Part shown: positions 61,318 through 64,000 of the stretch, one piece after another
Layout: every line of letters begins with the position of its first letter
Position numbering within the stretch: position 1 is the first letter of the stretch
Virus record (IMG/VR): IMGVR_UViG_3300020308_000002
Location: 1 to 64,000 of that record
DNA length: 64,000 bases
Strand: one strand, 5' to 3'
Source of the DNA: a virus
Lineage: Duplodnaviria > Caudoviricetes
Made by a program: the position numbers and the translations under genes
Notes under the pieces: generated by a model
The model's input: only the letters and a program-made list of their open reading frames with translations
The model's database searches: none
What the model was told of the DNA's origin: nothing

Positions 61318-61506
61318 TTAACAGTTACATAGATTAGGATGTTCTCCAGTAGCACAATAATCCTCATGGAAAGACGTATTTTCACAAGTACGTTCTTCAG
61401 GTACACCTGGTCCCATGGTAAATCCTTTCGGTAAGGAGATGCCACCATGATTAGTACATCCCACTAGCAATACCGCAAGCAGTAGTTTAGAAGCTGTACT
61501 TAACAC
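61318..61506 (-). CDS. Small lipoprotein
   Basis: Lipobox LLLAVLLVG-C. Confidence 0.65.
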   Translation of the reverse strand: MLSTASKLLLAVLLVGCTNHGGISLPKGFTMGPGVPEERTCENTSFHEDYCATGEHPNLCNC

Positions 61507-61858
61507 CTAGCTTTCCACCAGAACCAAAGTTTTCTTCTTCTTCGCCTGTGAGGAAAGATACTTCACCGTAGATATCTGTAGAGTCAGATACTGCAATACT
61601 TCCACCAGCTTTTCCTGAAAGACGAGTTTCAGTGTCTGCATCTTTAACAGCTACGAATGCTGGACCACCTTGTACGTAGTAAGAAACCTTACCAGTATCA
61701 TTAGCACCTGCATAACCTATATGAAGGTCTGTTGTAGCGTTTGTATATTTTTTATCTGTCCAACTTGCGTTAGTTTCAGCGTTAATATAAGGACCAGCAA
61801 GGGTAGCAGGAGCAGCAATTAAAGTTAAAGCAGCAGCGCTATAAAAAGTCTTTAGCAC
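61487..61858 (-). CDS. Small outer-membrane beta-barrel (porin-like) protein
   Basis: Signal peptide, alternating beta strands, terminal GVKYSF. Confidence 0.75.
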   Translation of the reverse strand: MLKTFYSAAALTLIAAPATLAGPYINAETNASWTDKKYTNATTDLHIGYAGANDTGKVSYYVQGGPAFVAVKDADTETRLSGKAGGSIAVSDSTDIYGEVSFLTGEEEENFGSGGKLGVKYSF

Positions 61859-61938
61859 GAAATAAGTTTTTGTAATAACATTTCTTATTTTATATATAAA
61901 ATGTAATGTTTTAAGACCCTTGTGCCAGTACGTTAGCC

Positions 61939-62205
61939 TTATGTCGTCTTTTCCTTGTCATAAAAATCCTTCATTACTGATTTCATTTCTGCAGGTAAAG
62001 GGTAGTGTCTTAGTAAAGTTCTTGCTTCTCTCCTAACCTCTAAAGGAATTCTTGGTGTTTCTTTAGTGGAGGTCAACCTTAAAAGATAATCTCTTGTAGA
62101 AACAACAGCATTAATTTTTTGATCTTTACTGCTAATAGGATTCCTTTCTGGAACGGGAGGATATTTCCTAAGCTTCATCGTATTCAAGACTAACAGGTCT
62201 AGCAA
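61939..62205 (-). CDS. Hypothetical protein (BPSL0761-like RARxLLRHYP motif)
   Basis: TPRIPLEVRREARTLLRHYP. Confidence 0.6.
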   Translation of the reverse strand: MLDLLVLNTMKLRKYPPVPERNPISSKDQKINAVVSTRDYLLRLTSTKETPRIPLEVRREARTLLRHYPLPAEMKSVMKDFYDKEKTT

Positions 62206-62437
62206 TGTTAGATGCTTTTATTTGCTCTCTTGTTTTTTCGTCATGCCATAAATCTACTTGACGTTCTATCTCTTGCATCCCTACATGCTTCGCGTAAGTC
62301 TCGGCTAATCCTGTATACGTATTTCTTTTAGGAATAGGAGCATCATTTCTTTTATATAAATCATATAAATAACTCATAAAATCAGATCTATTCTGATTAT
62401 TCCTTACCCTACGTCGAGGGTTCATGCTGTCAGCCAT
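62168..62437 (-). CDS. Hypothetical protein
   Basis: LYDLYKR...YTGL. Confidence 0.7.
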   Translation of the reverse strand: MADSMNPRRRVRNNQNRSDFMSYLYDLYKRNDAPIPKRNTYTGLAETYAKHVGMQEIERQVDLWHDEKTREQIKASNIARPVSLEYDEA

Positions 62438-62483
62438 CTTAAGAGATCGTGTCTTTAAAGATTAGCTGAGAATTCGAAAGAAG

Positions 62484-63275
62484 CTAGCCTCTTCCTGCTA
62501 GAAGTCTTCCTATCAAAGCTGCAGATCTCATTTGACCTTCTTTCTCTTCATCACTCCTGCCTCTATTGTCACGGTCTATTGCTGCTTTAACTGCTGTAAT
62601 TCCAGTAGGTGACTCCATTTTTGGCTTAGGTGTCTCTCCTCTCATTCCTTCATCTGTATCTTTAGTAAAAGGAACAACAGGCAGAGGTCTAACCATGTCG
62701 TCTTCTGGTGGCCTTGTCTTTCTGTATTCTTCAGCTTCTTTAGATCCTTTGATAGCACTATAAACTTGATCTCGATCCATCTTTCCTGACTTCAACTCAT
62801 TAGCCCAGTAGTCAAAGCCTTCAGTATCAGCGTCTCTTCCTAAGTTATTTCTGTAAGCATCAGTTAAGAAATTTTCCACAACGCCGCTATACTCGTCTGA
62901 CCTACGAAGATTACCTATGACATCGTCTTTAGTAGCTCTACCACTACGAAGTTCCTCTCCCCAATATTGTTTACCTTCATCATCTACCTGCCTATCTAAA
63001 TTTCTTAGGTATGCATTGTTCAGAAAAGTGTCAACTTCGTCCATAGCTGGAGGTTTTTGTCCGGGAAAACCTGGTCGACCGGGATCCTTGGGACGAGGCA
63101 AACCAGGCTCATAGTCAGGCATTGGATCTCCAGGGCCGTATTGATCTTTTCCCCTACGTCTACCTGGCAGTCTTTCATCAGGTCTACCTGGCATTCTCTC
63201 CTCTTTTGGAACCCCGTCAGGGAAATAAGGTAATCCGTATATCGGGCCGTCTATTTTTGTACCAATTACTGACAT
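62484..63275 (-). CDS. Pro-rich protein with two DUF4214-like repeats
   Basis: AYLRNLDRQVDDEGKQYW...SDEY and AYRNNLGRDADTEGFDYW...SKEA. Confidence 0.7.
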   Translation of the reverse strand: MSVIGTKIDGPIYGLPYFPDGVPKEERMPGRPDERLPGRRRGKDQYGPGDPMPDYEPGLPRPKDPGRPGFPGQKPPAMDEVDTFLNNAYLRNLDRQVDDEGKQYWGEELRSGRATKDDVIGNLRRSDEYSGVVENFLTDAYRNNLGRDADTEGFDYWANELKSGKMDRDQVYSAIKGSKEAEEYRKTRPPEDDMVRPLPVVPFTKDTDEGMRGETPKPKMESPTGITAVKAAIDRDNRGRSDEEKEGQMRSAALIGRLLAGRG

Positions 63276-63300
63276 CTTTAGTTATAAGGTCTATTAATCT

Positions 63301-63996
63301 TTAATTTAGCATGAATTCTTTTCCTAGAAATTCATGAAAAGGACACTTCAACCTAGGGACATAGTTAATGTTTACAACATATCTCGCTTTCTCATTACTA
63401 GTCGTTGTCCCTGCATGTTTCACTGAATTAGGAAAATAAACTAACCGATTAGCAACGCTTTCAACTTTATCTCCTGGTTTTCCATCCTTGTCTAAAAATC
63501 GTGTATAGCCATCGCAAGTATTAAGGTAAAAACAAGCATTCATCATATGATCAAATTCACCTGTTTCACTGACTCTATCTTGGTGGTAACCTAATTCAAC
63601 AACTTCAGAACTATTGAAAGTTACGTTAACTTTTAATCGAATTAAAGATAAAGGATTAAGGTATTGAACTAAGGCATTCATAAAAGGCTGATACAACTGC
63701 GTGCGAGCTATAAATATGTCATTTGGATTTCCAAAATAAATAGTCTGCAAGGAGTCAGCTAATAATATGACGTTTCCTTGTATATTGTTTAAATCTCTTG
63801 CAGGTTGGTAATGTTTGAATCCTTTAGCTGTTTTATTAACATATAAGTCAGGACTAGCAGTCTTCGTTCCTATCGTCCACTCAGGAACGTTTGACATCAT
63901 AAATTCTTGAAATTCTACAAAAGTATTGTGTGGAACTGCGTTGTCGATGACGGCATATTTTTGATCCTTGTTATAGAAAACCTGTTGTTCTGACAT
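63301..63996 (-). CDS. 2OG-Fe(II) oxygenase family protein
   Basis: YHQD, FYLNTCDGYT, FPNSVKHAG, RYVVNINY. Confidence 0.88.
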   Translation of the reverse strand: MSEQQVFYNKDQKYAVIDNAVPHNTFVEFQEFMMSNVPEWTIGTKTASPDLYVNKTAKGFKHYQPARDLNNIQGNVILLADSLQTIYFGNPNDIFIARTQLYQPFMNALVQYLNPLSLIRLKVNVTFNSSEVVELGYHQDRVSETGEFDHMMNACFYLNTCDGYTRFLDKDGKPGDKVESVANRLVYFPNSVKHAGTTTSNEKARYVVNINYVPRLKCPFHEFLGKEFMLN

Positions 63997-64000
63997 GAGT

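Noticed and set aside
1-64000. Integrase, reverse transcriptase or retron, RNA polymerase, DNA polymerase, major capsid protein, tRNA or rRNA genes
   Set aside because: No diagnostic motifs recognised in the window; they may lie outside it or be too divergent to see by eye

Overview
64 kb of an AT-rich, tailed dsDNA marine cyanophage genome. The D1 and hli sequences point to a Prochlorococcus-type or marine Synechococcus host; the gene order is neither T4-like nor T7-like. Layout: (i) 1-20.5 kb, mostly minus strand: psbA (cut by the window edge and absent from the ORF track), scaffold-like, portal-like and large terminase genes, 2OG-Fe(II) oxygenases, a PAPS-reductase-family gene and a long run of unassignable, probably virion, proteins. 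(ii) 20.5-21.3 kb: a non-coding divergence point. (iii) 21.3-37 kb, plus strand: small 'early' genes, many separated by a repeated terminator plus 22-nt motif (10 motif copies), with Gp157-like, DUF2997, Dps, DUF932, GP88 and a C5 methyltransferase carrying a fully nested second-frame gene. (iv) 37-54 kb: replication and nucleotide genes (clamp-like, two SSB-like, PD-(D/E)XK nuclease, primase-VapE helicase with a candidate origin, dCMP deaminase, HNH, dATP/dGTP diphosphohydrolase), three apparently degenerate enzymes and a four-gene hli cassette with an HLR1 box. (v) 54-64 kb: NblA-like, HNH, a cluster of signal-peptide proteins, PsbN-like, porin-like, DUF4214-like and more oxygenases. Best leads: a complete nitrogen-sensing unit missed by the ORF track (NtcA box, extended -10, glutamine-II-like riboswitch, DUF4278-like peptide; 37.0-37.2 kb); the terminator/motif cassette array; a ~210-nt highly structured RNA at 40.36-40.57 kb; the overprinted methyltransferase; and the NblA-like gene. 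All family names come from motif recognition by eye, not from database searches, and hand-counted coordinates may be off by a base or two.
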